Below, one piece after another: positions 36,897-51,300 of a DNA stretch of 64,000 nucleotides. The DNA is from Convolutriloba macropyga (lineage: Eukaryota). The notes beneath the pieces were generated by a model, which had not been told where the DNA came from, made no database searches, and was given only the letters and a program-made list of their open reading frames with translations. Numbering within the stretch: the stretch's first letter is position 1; each line of letters starts with the position of its first letter. The stretch lies in contig NC_134479.1 of NCBI RefSeq assembly GCF_964194025.1, forward strand, positions 3,286,001 through 3,350,000, read 5' to 3'. The translations under genes and the position numbers were made by a program.

Positions 36897-37648
36897 CCCG
36901 GGCCGAGGTGTCAACGCTAAAAAACGCAAAATTATGTAAGATGTAAGATTGGCGTTGAATGCATTGAATTTAGGTAAGATCATTGCTTGAGCGTAGATCT
37001 TACATAATTTCAACGCATTCACCGCCAATCTTACATATTTTGCGTTGAATTTAGCGTAGATCTTACATATTTTGCGTTGAATTTAGCGTAGATCTTACAT
37101 ATTTTGAGTTCAATTTAGCGTAGATCTTACATTAGTTCAACGCATTCAACGCCAATCTTACATAATTTGCGTTGAATTTAACGTAGATCTTACATAAATT
37201 CAACGCACTCAACGCCAATCTTACATATTTTGCGTTGAAATTTGCGTAGATCATACATATTTAGCGTTGAATTTAGTTTAGATCCAACATAATTTGCGTT
37301 GAATTTAGCGTAGATCTTACATATTTTGCGTTGAATTTGGCGTTGACACTACATATTTTTGCTTTGGAGAAGGGGCGTAAGTGGGTGAGGGGGAGAAGTG
37401 AGGGTACGTCTGGAGGGGGGTACGAGAGGGGTGGTGGTGGTGGAGAGGGGGAGCGGGTTCGAGGCAAAATATGTAAGATTCAACGCAAAATATGTAAGAT
37501 TGGCGTTGAATGCGTTGAATTTATGTAAGATCTACGCTAAATTCAGCGCATTTAACGCAAAATTATGTAAGAGAGTTGCGGCGAATATTCCGAATTGTCA
37601 TTACTAGTTACCGCTGGTCTTACCGCTGGCAGAATTCTTCGGCCCGGG
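36897..37648. mobile_element. CCCGGGCCGA-ended TIR element with internal inverted minisatellite arrays
   Basis: Ends CCCGGGCCGAGG / CTTCGGCCCGGG. ~32-bp TTACATATTTTGCGTTGAATTTAGCGTAGATC units occur in both orientations around a G-rich core. Confidence 0.75.
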
Positions 37649-37939
37649 AAGGGGGATTTTGGGGTGAATTCCAACACAGTGACACTGTTGTGGTTTATAT
37701 GTCACCGCATAGAAGTAAAATTGGCGTAAATACGGTTAAGTTACGTGAGGTAAACGAAAAATGTGGTGAAGTTGCATTATTAACCATAAGGCGAAAAATG
37801 TGGCGAAGTTGTTTGTGTAATTTATGAAAAATATGGCGAAGTCGCTTGTGGCGAACCAAACAAAAAATGTGGCGAAGTCGCTTGTGTAATTTATGTAAAG
37901 GTTCACAGTAGCACACCCCAGTCAAAATCGGACGGATAG

Positions 37940-38120
37940 CAAGAATCTTGCAAGATTACGTAAAATATTGCAAGATCTTGCAAAATTCTTGAGAGATCTT
38001 GCAAGATCTTTCAAACGGTCTGATTTGCAAGACTCTAGCAAGATAATCATCCATCTTGTAAGACTCTTGCAAGATAACCGTCCTTCTTGTAAAACTCTTG
38101 CGAGATAACCGTCTTGCAGG
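37940..38120. repeat. TCTTGCAAGA palindromic micro-repeat cluster (related clusters at ~35840-35880 and ~40105-40225)
   Basis: Many closely spaced TCTTGCAAGA-like palindromes. Confidence 0.75.
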
Positions 38121-38184
38121 AAGCTCCGGAAAAATGGCTTAGCGGCTGCATAGGCTTTTTTGGCTTCTTTGAAGATTAGAGAAT

Positions 38185-39945
38185 TGGAAACGATCAGTAG
38201 CACTAAGATGTTTGGCTTTGAGTTTAGGAGGTAAAAAGTTTCTTTAAAGCCGATCAAATACAAGTTTATTAGTTATTTCCAACTTCGGCAACAACATCTC
38301 GTCTTTTCCAAATGTGTTGAGTATGTAGGAGTCACCAACGAAAAATATAGAACTAAAAACAAAAGCTGTCAGTTCAAAAACAAAACAGTAGACACGGTAA
38401 ACAGAAAAAAGAACTTATGCTTAGCCAAACAAATATTATTTTTGAAGCCAATTTTGATTTTTGAATGAAAGAAGAAGCTGCATAATAGCAGAGTCTTAAA
38501 ATAAGAAAAAGATCTTACACCAACTGCTGACGCTTGAAAACGGGTAGAACTGTTGTTTTGATCGCTCCCTAACATTGCATGAGCAGAATCGTTGTACCAA
38601 GAGTTAGAGTTCGAAAAAGGTGCTTGCCTACGACAGGTTAATCCACTTGAACAGAAATTAATTAAAAAAAAACTGTTTTTCCAAGCAATGTTAAAAAATG
38701 CGCCTGATTCTCCAATCAAACGTAAAAATTTAAATATGTTCAAATCCCTCTGAGCACACTTACTCTTATGCCTCAGCTTCCATGAGACGAAGCAATATTC
38801 CTAAAGAAATCTTTTCGGGCATCGCATGACTTCAAATTACTTAATCCGTTTAACTCAAAGCAGTAACAGAAAGAGGTATTGAGAACTTCTGGAAAAACTT
38901 CCAGCTCGTTTGCTCTTAAAAACTCTCTAACAACAGCGAAAAAAAGAGCCCAAGATTTTTGCAAAATATTCTACTATTACAAACTATCCACCGCTTAGTT
39001 GCAGAACACATTCGACCATCTTCCCATCTGATCTTGTATAAGACAGTGAACAAAAGTTTTACCCACATTTTTGACATAACGGGCACCCATTAAACCGACA
39101 GCTTTCTCGCAACAAAATGCTTTTTAACTTTATCAGTTATTTTCTGAAGTTTTTGAGTTTTGAGAATTTGGTATCGGTTTCATCGCGCAAGAAAAAGCTT
39201 TAAGAAGCTTGATGTCAAAAGAATCTATCCACCGCCTTTTTGGGATTTTTTTATGGTTCCTGATAGAGCTGTGAGTAATTGGTGATCAGAGGACTTGTCA
39301 CAGAGAGCTGGGAAAAGCCAACGCGGACCATTTCTACGTACATGTTCGACTAAGTGTGTGAGGTTAACTTAAAATTTTGTTGCTCGTTCTTTTTGACTTT
39401 TTAACTTAATTTTGTTGATTTTGCTATTTTTTTTTTAGTTTTTTTTGTATTCAGCCGGCCCTATAAGGCCCATACGTTGTCCAATAAAAAACATACGATT
39501 CAATGCAATTCTGAATTGTAACCATGAAAATACTTGAACCATAAAGGTTATACTTGGAGCCATAATTGTTTTCTGAATTGTAACCATGAAAATCTCGGGA
39601 ACTTTTGTCGTAAAGTTTCGGAGGCACAACTACCAAGCTTTTAGAGAAAATGAGGTAAAAACAACGTTGGACTGCTAAAATTACTTTGCATTCATTGGTT
39701 TTCTTTGCGGTGAGTGTTTAACAAGATTAACTACAAAATCGATGCTTCGAAAACAATTTTTTTTGTTCACACTACTGCTAACTTACCCTAATTTTAAGAT
39801 AAATTTATTGGCTTGTTCAAGGCAAATTTGATGCAATTTTTAAGATCATTAAACTAATTTAAAGACAAGTCACAGTAAAATTTAAGGTTTTTTAAGGTAG
39901 TGTGGCTTTAAATTTTCAGTAAAACTTCTGGTAGATCTAGTCTTA
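38185..39945 (+). repeat. ~1.76-kb direct repeat, copy 1
   Basis: Collinear and highly similar to 40544-42298. Confidence 0.92.
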
Positions 39946-40543
39946 GTTAACATGAGTGGAGGAAAGGCAAATCTATCCTAACAGTTGAGGAGAGTTAGGG
40001 TGGTTTTAAGACAAAATCAACTTAGCTTTATATAGTGTGTATCTTTATTTGTTCAAAACTTAATTGAAAATGATTCTGAACTACCTCAGACAAACTCCAA
40101 CGGTTATCTTGTTATCTTGTAAGATCTTGTAAGAACCCTGCAAGAATCTTAAAAAAAAGTTTATTTTGCAAGATACAAGATTCGGACGCTTATCTTTCAA
40201 GAATCTTGCAAGATCTTGCAAGACACCGTCCTCAAATTTTAATGGAAAATGTTGGTTTTACACTAGAAACCATTCAGAAAAGTTGATTATATGTTTTGCG
40301 TAGCGTCAAAATAAAGTTTTTCAATGATTAAATGAGTACAAATCGCAAATGGTAATTTTTGTTAGTCTTCCAATCCTTTTGAAAATCATTCTACTGCAGA
40401 AAGGCTTTACTATAGGATTAGACCTATTCCCTAGCCTCCATAGAACAAAAAGAGAACCTGAAATTGCTAAGGCTAACACGTATATATATAGAAACATCAT
40501 CAAAATGCGCAAAACGGATCACAGAAAGAAGCTGGAATTGAAA

Positions 40544-42298
40544 TGGAAACGATCAGTAGCACTAAGATGTTTGGTTTTGAGTTTAGGAGGTAAAAAGTTT
40601 CTTTAAAGCTGATCAAATAAAAGTTTAGTAGTTATTTCAACAACTTCGGCAACAACATCTCGTCTTTTCCAAATATGTTGAGTATGTAGGAGTCACCAAC
40701 GAGAAATATAGAACTAAAAACAAAAGCTGTCAGTTCAAAAACAAAACAGTAGACACGGTAAACAGAAAAAAGAGCTTATGCTTAGCCAAACAAACATTTT
40801 TTTTAAGCCAATTTTGATTTTTGAATGAAAGAAGAAGCTGCATAATAGCAGAGTCTTAAAATAAAAAAAAGATCCTACACCAACTGCTGACGCTTGAAAA
40901 CGGGTAGAACTGTTGTTTTGATCGCTCCCTAACATTGCATGAGCAGAATCGTTGTACCAAGAGTTAGAGATCGAAAAAGGTGCTTGCCTACGACAGGTTA
41001 ATCCACTTGAACAGAAATTAATAAAAAAACTGTTTTTCCAAGCAATGTCAAAAAAGCGCTGATTCTCCAATCAAACGTAAAAATTTAAATATGTTCAAAT
41101 CCCTCTGAGCACACTTACTCTTATGCCTCAGCTTCCATGAGACGAAGCTATATTCTTAAAGAAATCTTTTCGGGCATCGCATAACTTCAAATGACTTAAT
41201 CCGTTTAACTCAAAGCAGTAACAAAAAGAGGTATTGAGAACTTCTGGAAACACTTCCAGCTCGTTTGCTCTTAAAAACACTCTAACAACAGCGAAGAAAG
41301 AGCCCACGATTTTTCCAAAACATTCTTCTATTAAAAACTATCCATCGCTTAGTTGCAGAACGCAATCGACCATCTTTCCATCTGATCTTGTATAAGACAG
41401 TGAACAAAATTTTTACCCACATTATTGACATATCGGGCACCAACTAAATCGACAGCTTTCTCACAACAAAATGCTTTTTAACTTTGTCAGTTAATTTCTT
41501 GAAGTTGTATAGTTTTGTGAATTTGGTATCAGTTTCATCGCGCAAGAAAAAAGCTATGAGAAGCTTGATGTCAAAAGAATCTATCCACCGTCTTTTCGGG
41601 ATTTTTTTATGGTTCCTGATAGAGCTCTGAGTAATTGGTGATCGGAGGAATTGTCACAGAGAGCTGGGAAAAGCCAAAGCGGACCATTTCTACGTACATG
41701 TTCGACTAAGTTTGTGAGGTTAACTTAAAATTTTGTTGCTCGTTCTTTTTGACTTTTTAACTTAATTTTGTTGATTTTGCTAGTTTTTTTAGTTTTTTTG
41801 TATTCAGCCAGCCCTATAAGGCCCATACGTTGTCCAATAAAAAACATACGACTCAATGCAAGATTATACTTAAACCATAAAGGTTATACTTGGAGCCATA
41901 ATTGTTTTCTGAATTGTAACCATGAAAATCTCGGGAACTTTTTGTCGTAAAGTTTCGGAGGCACAGCTACCAGGTTTTTGAGGAAAATTAGGTAATAACA
42001 ATGTTGGACAGCTAAAATTACTTTGCATTCATTGGTTTTCTGTGCGGTGAGTATTTAAAGAGATTAACTACAAAAATCAATGCTTCAGAAACAATTTTTT
42101 GTTCACACTACCCTGCTAACTTACCCTAATTTTAAGGTAAATTTATGGACTTGTTTCAGGCAAAGTTGATGCAATTTTCAAGATACTGTTCAGTTAGATA
42201 ATTAACGTAATTTTAGGGCAAGCTACAGTAAAATTTAAGGTTTTTTAGGGTAGTGAGATTTTAAATTTCCAATTAAACTTCTGGTAGAGTTAGTCTTA
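40544..42298 (+). repeat. ~1.76-kb direct repeat, copy 2, abutting the satellite
   Basis: Starts TGGAAACGATCAGTAGC and ends CTGGTAGAGTTAGTCTTA, as in copy 1. Confidence 0.92.
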
Positions 42299-42309
42299 AT
42301 CAATAGGAG

Positions 42310-45300
42310 TTTTACTAAAAGCACTCCTATTGACATCATCAAATAGCGAAAATTAGAATCTTGCGGTCTAGAAATTTTGGCCTTCAATCATTTTTTCTCT
42401 CGGGCCTAAACAGAGTGTCTCATATCTAATTTATTGTTGATAACTTAATTGAAACACTTGATTCCAGAAAAACAGCTCTTTGACCGTTTATTAACAAGAT
42501 ATTGCCCACAACAAGTGTCACAAGGAAGGCTAGTAGGTGCCACAAACTGTATTATTAAAGCCTCCAGATCCTACCAGCCTGGTGATTGTAATAATTTTTT
42601 TCCGAAAATTCTGGCTTTTTTTAGACGTTTCACAGCCCCCAGTCACATAAAATATTAATTAGCGCTCAATGGCAAAAAACTAAAAGTAGAAAATTGAATT
42701 AGACCAGAGGCTAACGGACGAAAAACAGTTGATCGTAGAGTTTGATTATCGACAACATAACGTTTTTTACTGATTAATTATGCAAATCGTGAAAATGGTA
42801 AATGCTCATTTTTGTCCTCCTTCCATTCCTTTTAAGAGTCGTTCTATAGCAGAAAGTTACTACTACTGATTTTAAAAAATAGAAATAAAAAAAATGTGCT
42901 CCCAAAAAAATTTCCCTTAAATCATTTTTTCTCCGGCCTAAACAGAATATTTCTTATCTACTTTACCGGTGATAACGTAATTGAATCAGTTATTTCCGGG
43001 AAAAGGTTCATTGACCTGCCCGCAACAAGTGTCACTAGGGTAGTGGGTGCCACAAACGGTAATATTAAAGCCTCAAGACACTACCAGCTTAGTGCTTATG
43101 TTACTTTTTTCAAAATTTCTGGCAATAAATGAAACGTTTCACTGACTCCAGTAACATAAAACTATAACTAGCGTTCAATTGCAGTAAAAAAAGGGCTATT
43201 AGTAGTAAATTGAATTATGCCAGAGGACAAACAAACCAAGAAATGTTGATCATACAGCTTGATTAGCGTTAACATAACGTTTTTCATTGATTAATTATGT
43301 AAATCGTGAAAATGGTAAATGCTCAATTTTTTTTAGCCTTCCAATCTTTTTAAATGTCTTTTTATAGCAGAAAATAACTCCTATTGATTTCATCAAACAG
43401 CAAAAAGTAAAATCTTGTGGTCTAAAAATTTTTGCTTCAATCATTTTTTCTCGGGCCTAAACAGAGTGTTCCATAACTATTTTATCGTTGATAACGTAAT
43501 AACACTCGATTCCAAAAAAAACTGTTTATTGACTATTTATTAACACGATATTGCTCACAACAAGTGTCACCAGGCTAGTTTCAATGACTCCAGTAACATA
43601 ACATTATAATTAACGTTCAATTGCCTCATGAACCAACTATTAGTAGTAAATTGTAATAGACCAAAGTACTAGCGAACGACGAAAAAATGATCATACAGTT
43701 TGATAAGCAATAACATAACGTTTTGTACTCATTAATTATGTAAATGGTGAAGATCGTAAAAGGTCAATTTTGTTTTTGTTAGCCTTTCAATCCAAGTCGT
43801 TTTATAGCAGAAAGGCACTCCTACTGAGGTTAGCGCATAACAAAAAGTAAAAATTTGGAGTTCGAAAAATTTCTGGCTTCAATCATTTTTTTTCTCGGGC
43901 CTAAACAAATGTTTCATATCTACTTTACGGTGACAAGGCAATTGAAACACTTGTTCGCAGGAGAAAAGTTTTTTGATCGTTTAAAAAAAAGTGTGAGTAG
44001 GCTATTGGGTTTCATAGGTGATAATATTAAAGCCTCCAAAGACTACCAGCTTAGTGTTTACGTAACTTTTCGAAATTTCGGGCTATAATTTAGACGTTTC
44101 AGAGACTCCAGTTAAATAAAACTACAATTAGCCTTCAATTGCCGTAAAAAACAAAAAATTAGCAGTAAATTCAGCTAGAGGACTAACGAACGCAGAAAAT
44201 TTGATCATACAGTTTAATTAGAGACAGCATAACGTTTTTTACTGATTAAATATTTAAATCGTGAAAATGGTAATTGCTCAATTTTGTTAGCATTCCAATC
44301 CTTTTAAAAGTCTTTCTATAGCAGAAAATAACTCCTATTGATTTCATCGAATAGCAAAAAGTAAAATCTTGTGGTCTAAAAATTTTTGCCTTCAATCATT
44401 TTTTCTTGGGCCTAAACAGAGTGTTCCATAACTATTTTATCGTTGATAACGTAATAACACTCGATTCCAAAAAAACTGTTTATTGACAATTTATTAACAC
44501 GATATTGCTCACAACAAGTGTCACTAGGCTTGTAGGTGCTTGTAGGTGTCACTAGGCTAGTTTCACTGATTCTAGTAACATAAAACTATAATTAGCGTTC
44601 AAGTTGCCTTATGAACCAACTATTAGTAGTAAATTGTAATAGACCAAAGTACTAACGAACGATGAAAAAATGATCTTACAGTTTGATAAGCGATAACATA
44701 ACGTTTTGTACTCATTAATTATGAAAATGGTGAAGATCGTAAATGGTCAATTTTGTCAGCCTTTCAATCTTTTTGAAAATGGTTCTATAGTAGAAAGGCA
44801 CTCCTAATGAGGTTAGCGCATAACAAAAGGTAAAAATTTGGAGATCGAAAAATTTCTGCCTTCAATCGGGCCTAAACAAATGTTTCATAATTACTTTGCG
44901 GTGACAAGGCAATTGAAACACTTGTTCGCCGGAGAAAACTTTTTGATCGTTTAATAAAAAGTGTGAGTAGGGTATTGGGTTTCATAGGTGATAAGATTAA
45001 AGCCACCAAAGACTATCAGCTTGGTGTTTATGTATTTTTGTTCGAAATTTCCGGCTTTAACTTAGACGTTTCACAGACTCCAGTCGCATAAAAATATAAT
45101 TAGCCTTCAATTGCCGTGAAAAACAAAAAATTAGCAGTATATTCAGCTAGAGGACTAACGAACGCAGAAAATTAGAGATAACATAACGTTTTTTACTGAT
45201 TAAATATTTAAATCGTGAAAATGGTAATTGCTCACTTTTGATAGCATTCCAATCCTTTTAAAAGTCGTTCTATAGCAGAAAATAATTCCTATTGATTTCA

Positions 45301-48300
45301 TCGAATAGCAAAAAGTAAAATCTTGTGGTCTAGAAATTTTTGCCTTCAATCATTTTTTCTCTCGGGCCTAAACAGAATGTTTGATATCTGTTTTCTCGTT
45401 GATAACGTAGTTTAAACACTCAATTCTAGAAAAAACAGTTTATTGGCTATTTATTAACAAGATATTGCCCACAACAAGTGTCACTAGACTAGTAGGTGCC
45501 ACAAACTGTAATATTAAAGCCTCCAGAGTCTACCAGCCTGGTGTTTATGTTAGTTTTTTTCCGAAAATTCTTGCATTAATTTAGACGTTTCAGAGCCCCC
45601 AGTCATATAAAGCTAAAATTAGCTTTCAATTGCCATAAAAACCAATTTTTATAAAATAATTGAAATAAACTAGAGGACTAACAGATGAAGAAAATTTGTT
45701 CATAAGGTTTGACTAGCTATAACAAAACGTATTTTAATGATTTCTTTATTTAAAGGTTTAAAACCCTAAATGGCCAACTTTGTTAGCCTTCCCATCCTTT
45801 TAAAAATTGTTCAATAGCAGGAAGGCCCACCTTTTGAGATTAGCACATGTCAGAAATTAAAAAGTTCGATCCAAAATTTTTTTGCCTTCGATCATTTTTT
45901 CGGGCCTAAACAGATTGTTTAATATCTACTTTATCGATGATACATTAATTGAAAAACTTGTTTGCAGAAAAAACTTCATTTACCGTTTATTAACAAAATA
46001 TTGACCACAACAAGTGTCACTAGGCTAGTAGGTGCCACAAAGGGCAATATTAAACCCTCCAGAGACTAACAGCTCGTTGATTATGTTACTTTTTTTTGAA
46101 ATTTCTCGCAAAGATTGAGACGTTTCACAGACTCCAGTCACATAAAGCTATAATTAGCCTTCAATTGCAGAAAAAAAAGACTATTAGTAGTTAATTGATT
46201 TATGCCAGAGGAGAAAAAAACGAAGAGATGTTGATCATACAGTTTGATTAGCGTTAACATAACGTTTTTTACTGATTAATTATGTAAATCGTGAAAATGG
46301 TAAATGCTCAATTTTGTTAGCATTTCAATCCTTTTAAAAGTCTTTCTATAGCAGAAAATAACTCCTATTGATTTCATCAAATAGCAAAAAGTAAAATTTT
46401 GGGGTCTAGAAATTTTTGCCTTCAATCTTTTTTTCTCTTGGGCCTAAACAGAATGTTTCATATCTACTTTGCGTTGATATCGTAAATGAAACCCTCGTTT
46501 CCTGAAAAAAAACTTTATTGACCTTCTATTAACAAGATATTGCCCACAACAAATGTCACTTGGCTAGTAGGTGCCACAAACTTTAATATTAAAGCCTCCA
46601 CAGCCTAACAGCTGGTTGTTTATGTTATTTTTTTCCTAAATTTATGGCATTAATTTAGACGTTTCACAGCCACCAGTCACATAAAACCATAATTAGCTTT
46701 CAACTGCCATAAATAATAATTGTTAGAAGTAAATTGAATTAGACTAGAGGACTAACAGACGAAGAAAATTTGATCAAAAGGTTTGACTAGTTTTAACATA
46801 ACGTTCTTTACTGATTAATTATTTAAAGGGTTAAAGCCCTAATTAGTCAACTTTGTTAGCCTTCCAATCTTTTTTAAAATCGTTCCATAGCAAAAAAGCC
46901 CACTTAGTGAGAATAGCTTATATCAGAAAATAAAAATGTAGATCCAAAAATTTTTGCCTCCGATCATTTTTACGGGCCTAAACAGATTGTTTAAAATCTA
47001 CTCTATCGGTGATACAGTAATTGAAACACTTGTTTCCAGAAAAAAAGTGTATTGACCTTTCATTGGAAGGATATTGCCCACAACAATTGTCACTAGGCTA
47101 GTAGGTGCCACAAACTTTAAAATAAAAGCCACCAGAGCCTAACAGCTCGGTGTTTATTTTACTTATTTTGAAATTTCTCTCAAAAAATGAGACGTTTCAC
47201 TGATTCCAGTCTTCTTAAGCTATAATTGGCCTTCAATTGCAGTAAAAAATGGCTATAGTAGTAAATTGAATTATGTCAGAGGACAAAAAAACAAAGAAAT
47301 GTTGATCATAGATTGTGATTAGCGTTAACATAACGTTTTTTACTGATTAATTATATAAATCGTGAAAATGGTAAATGCACAATTTTTTTAGCCTTCCAAT
47401 CCTTTTAAAAGTCGTTTTATAGCAGAAAATAACTCCTATTGATTTCATCGAATAGCAAAAGTAAAATTTTGGGCTATAGAATTTTTTGCCTTCAATCATT
47501 TTTTCTCCCGGGCCTAAACAGAATGTTTCATATCTACTTTACCGTTGATAACGTAATTGAAACATTTGTTTCCTAAAAAAAACATCATTGACCGTTTAAT
47601 AACAAGATATTGCCCACAACAAGTGTTGCTATGTCAGTAGGTGCCCCAAACTGTAGTATTAAACCTCCAGAGCCTACCAGCTGGTTGTTTATGTTAGTTT
47701 TTTTTCCAAAATTTCTGGCATTGATTTAGAAGTTTCACAGCCACCAGTCACATAAAACTAAAATTAGCTTTCAACAATCATCAAAAACAATTATTAGAGG
47801 TAAATTGATTTAGACTAGAAGACTAACAGACGAAGAAAAGTTGTTCAAAGGTTTGAATAGCTTTAACATAACGTTTTTTACTGATTAATTATATAAAGGG
47901 TTATAACCCTAAATGGTCAACTTTGTTAGCCTTCCAATCTTTTTAAAAATCGTTCCATTGCAGAAAAGCCCGCTTATTGAGATTAGCACAAATCAGAATG
48001 TAAAAAGTTGGATCCAAAAATTTTTTTGCCTTCGATCATTTTTTCGGGCCTAAACAGATTAAATATCTACTTTATTGGTGATACAGTAATTGAAACATTT
48101 GTTTCCAGAAAAAAAGTTAATTGACCGTTTATTAACTAGATATTGCCAACAACAAATGTCACTAGGCTAGTGGATGACACACACGGTAGTATAAAAGCCT
48201 CCAGAGTCTACCAGCTTGGTGTTTATTTTACTTTTATCAAAATTTCTGACATTAAATGAGACGTTTCACTGACTGCAGTCACTTAGAACTATAACTAGCC

Positions 48301-51300
48301 TTCGATTACCATGAAGACTAGTTGTTAGTAGTAAATTGATTTGTACCAGTGGACTAACGAATGAAGAAATGTTGATCATACAGTTTGATTAGCGATAACA
48401 TAACGTTTTTTACCGATTAATAATGTAAATCGCGAAAATGGTAAATGCTCAATTTTGTTAGCCTTCCAATCATTTTAAGAGTCGTCTTATAGCATAGACA
48501 ACTCCTATTGATTTCATCAGCTAGCAGAAGTAAAATTTTGGGGTCTAGAAATTTTTGCCTTCCATCATTTTTCTCTCGGGCCTAAATAGGATGTTTCATA
48601 TCTACTTTACCATTGATAACGTAATTGAAACAGTTTCTTCCAGAACAAGGTTCATTGACCGTTTGGTAACAAGATATTGCCCACAACAAGTGTCACAAGG
48701 CTAGTAGGTGCCATAAACTGTTTTTATTAAAGCCTCCAGAGCCTACCACCTGGTTGTTTATGTTAGTTTTTTCCGAAATTTCTGGCAATAATTGAGACGT
48801 TTCACAGCCACCAGTCACATAAAACTATGATTAGCATTTAATTGCCATAAAAATCAATTATTAGAAGTAAAATGAATTAGACTAGAGGACTAATAGACGA
48901 AGAAAAATCGTTCAAAGGTTTGACTAGCTTTAACATAACGTTTTTTACTGATTATTTATTTAAAGGGTTATAAACCTAAATGGTCAACTTTGATAGCCTT
49001 CCAATCTTTTTAAAAATTGTTCCATAGCAGAAAAGCCCGCCTATAGAGATTAGCACAAATCAGAAAGTAAAAAGTTGGAACCAAAAACTTTTTGCCTTCG
49101 ATCATTTTTCGGGCCTAAACAGATTGTTCAATATCTACTTTATCGGTGATACACTAATTGAATCACTTCTTTCCAGAAAAAAGGTTTATTTACCGTTTAT
49201 TAACAAGATATTGACCACAACAAGTGTCACTAGGCTAGTAGGTGCCATAAACGGCAATATTAATCCCTCCAGAGACAAACAGCTTGGTGCTTATGTTACT
49301 TTTTTCGAAATACTCGCAAAAAATGAGATGTTTCACTGACTCCAGTCTCATAAAGCTATAATTAGCCTTCAATTGCAGAAAAAACGGGCTATTAGTAGTA
49401 AATTGAATTATGCCAGAGGACAAACAAACGAAGAAATGTTGATCATACAGTTTGATTAGCGTTAACATAACGTTTTTTATTGATTAATTATATAAATCCT
49501 GAAAATGGTAAATGCTCAATTTTTTTAGCCTTCCAATCGTTTTAAAAGTCGTTCTGTAGCAGAAAAGCACTCCAATTGATTTTATTAAATAGCCAAAAGT
49601 AGAAAATTTTGGGGTCTAGAAATTTTTGCCTTCAATCATTTTTTCTCTCCGTCCTAAACAGATTGTTTCATATCCACTTTAACGTTGATAACGTAATTGA
49701 AACACTTGTTTCCTGAAAAAAATTCACTGACAGTTTATTGACAAGATATTGCCCACAACAAGTGTCACTAGTCTAGTAGATGCATCAAACGGCAATATTA
49801 AATCCTCCCGAGACTATCAGCTCGGTGTTTATAATACTTTTTTTGAAATTTCTCGCAATAAATGGGACGTTTCACTGACTCCAGTCTCATAAAGGCTTAA
49901 TTAGCTTTCAATTGCCGTAAAAAATGGCTATTAGTAGTAAATTGAATCATAACAGAGGACAAACAAACGAAGAAATATTGATCATACAGTTTGATTAGCG
50001 TTAACATAACGTTTTTTACCGATTAATTATGTAAATCGTGAAAAAGGTAAATGCTCAACTTTTTTAGCCTTCCAATCCTTTTAAAAGTCGTTCTTTAGCA
50101 GAGAAGCACTCCTATTATTTTAACAAATAGTCAAAAATAAAAAATTTTGGGGTCTAGAAATTTTTGCCTTCAATCATTTTTTCTCTCGGGCCTAAACAGA
50201 ATGTTTCATATCTACTTTACCGTTGATAACGTAATTGATACACTTGTTTCCTGAAAAAAATCTCATTGACCGTTTATTAACAAGATATTGCCCACAACAA
50301 GTGTCACTAGACTAGTAGGTGCAACAAACGGCAATATTAAATCCTCCAGAGACTATCAGCTCGTTGATTATGTTAATTTTTTGAAATTTCTCGCAAAGAT
50401 TGAGACGTTTCACAGACTCCAGTCACATAAAGCTATAATTAGCCTTCAATTGCAGAAAAAAAAGACTATTAGTAGTTAATTGATTTATGCCAGAGGAGAA
50501 AAAAACGAAGAGATGTTGATCATACAGTTTGATTAGCGTTAACATAACGTTTTTTACTGATTAATTATGTAAATCGTGAAAATGGTAAATGCTCAATTTT
50601 GTTAGCATTTCAATCCTTTTAAAAGTCTTTCTATAGCAGAAAATAACTCCTATTGATTTCATCAAATAGCAAAAAGTAAAATTTTGGGGTCTAGAAATTT
50701 TTGCCTTCAATCTTTTTTTCTCTTGGGCCTAAACAGAATGTTTCATATCTACTTTGCGTTGATAACGTAAATGAAACCCTCGTTTCCTGAAAAAAAGTTT
50801 ATTGACCTTCTATTAACAAGATATTGCCCACAACAAGTGTCACTTGGCTAGTAGGTGCCACAAACTTTAATATTAAAGCCTCCACAGCCTAACAGCTGGT
50901 TGTTTATGTTATTTTTTTCCGAAATTTCTGGCATTAATTTAGACTTTTCACAGCCACCAGTCACATAAAACCATAATTAGCTTTCAACTGCCATAAATAA
51001 TAATTGTTAGAAGTAAATTGAATCAGACTAGAGGACTAACAGACGAAGAAAAGTTGATCAAAATCTTTGACTAGCTTTAACGTAACGTTTTTTACTGATT
51101 ACTTATTTAAAGGGTTAAAACCCTAAATGGTCAACTTTGTTAGCCTTCCAATCTTTTAAAAAATCGTTCAATTGCAGAAAAGCCCGCCTATTGAGATTAC
51201 CACAAATCAGAATGTAAAAAGTTGGATCCAAAAATTTTTTTGCCTTCGATCATTTTTTCGGGCCTAAACAGATTTAATATCTACTTTATCGGTGATACAG

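Noticed and set aside
38185-42298. Direct repeats as an LTR pair
   Set aside because: No clear TG...CA boundaries, primer-binding site or TSD, and only ~600 bp of non-retroviral spacer.
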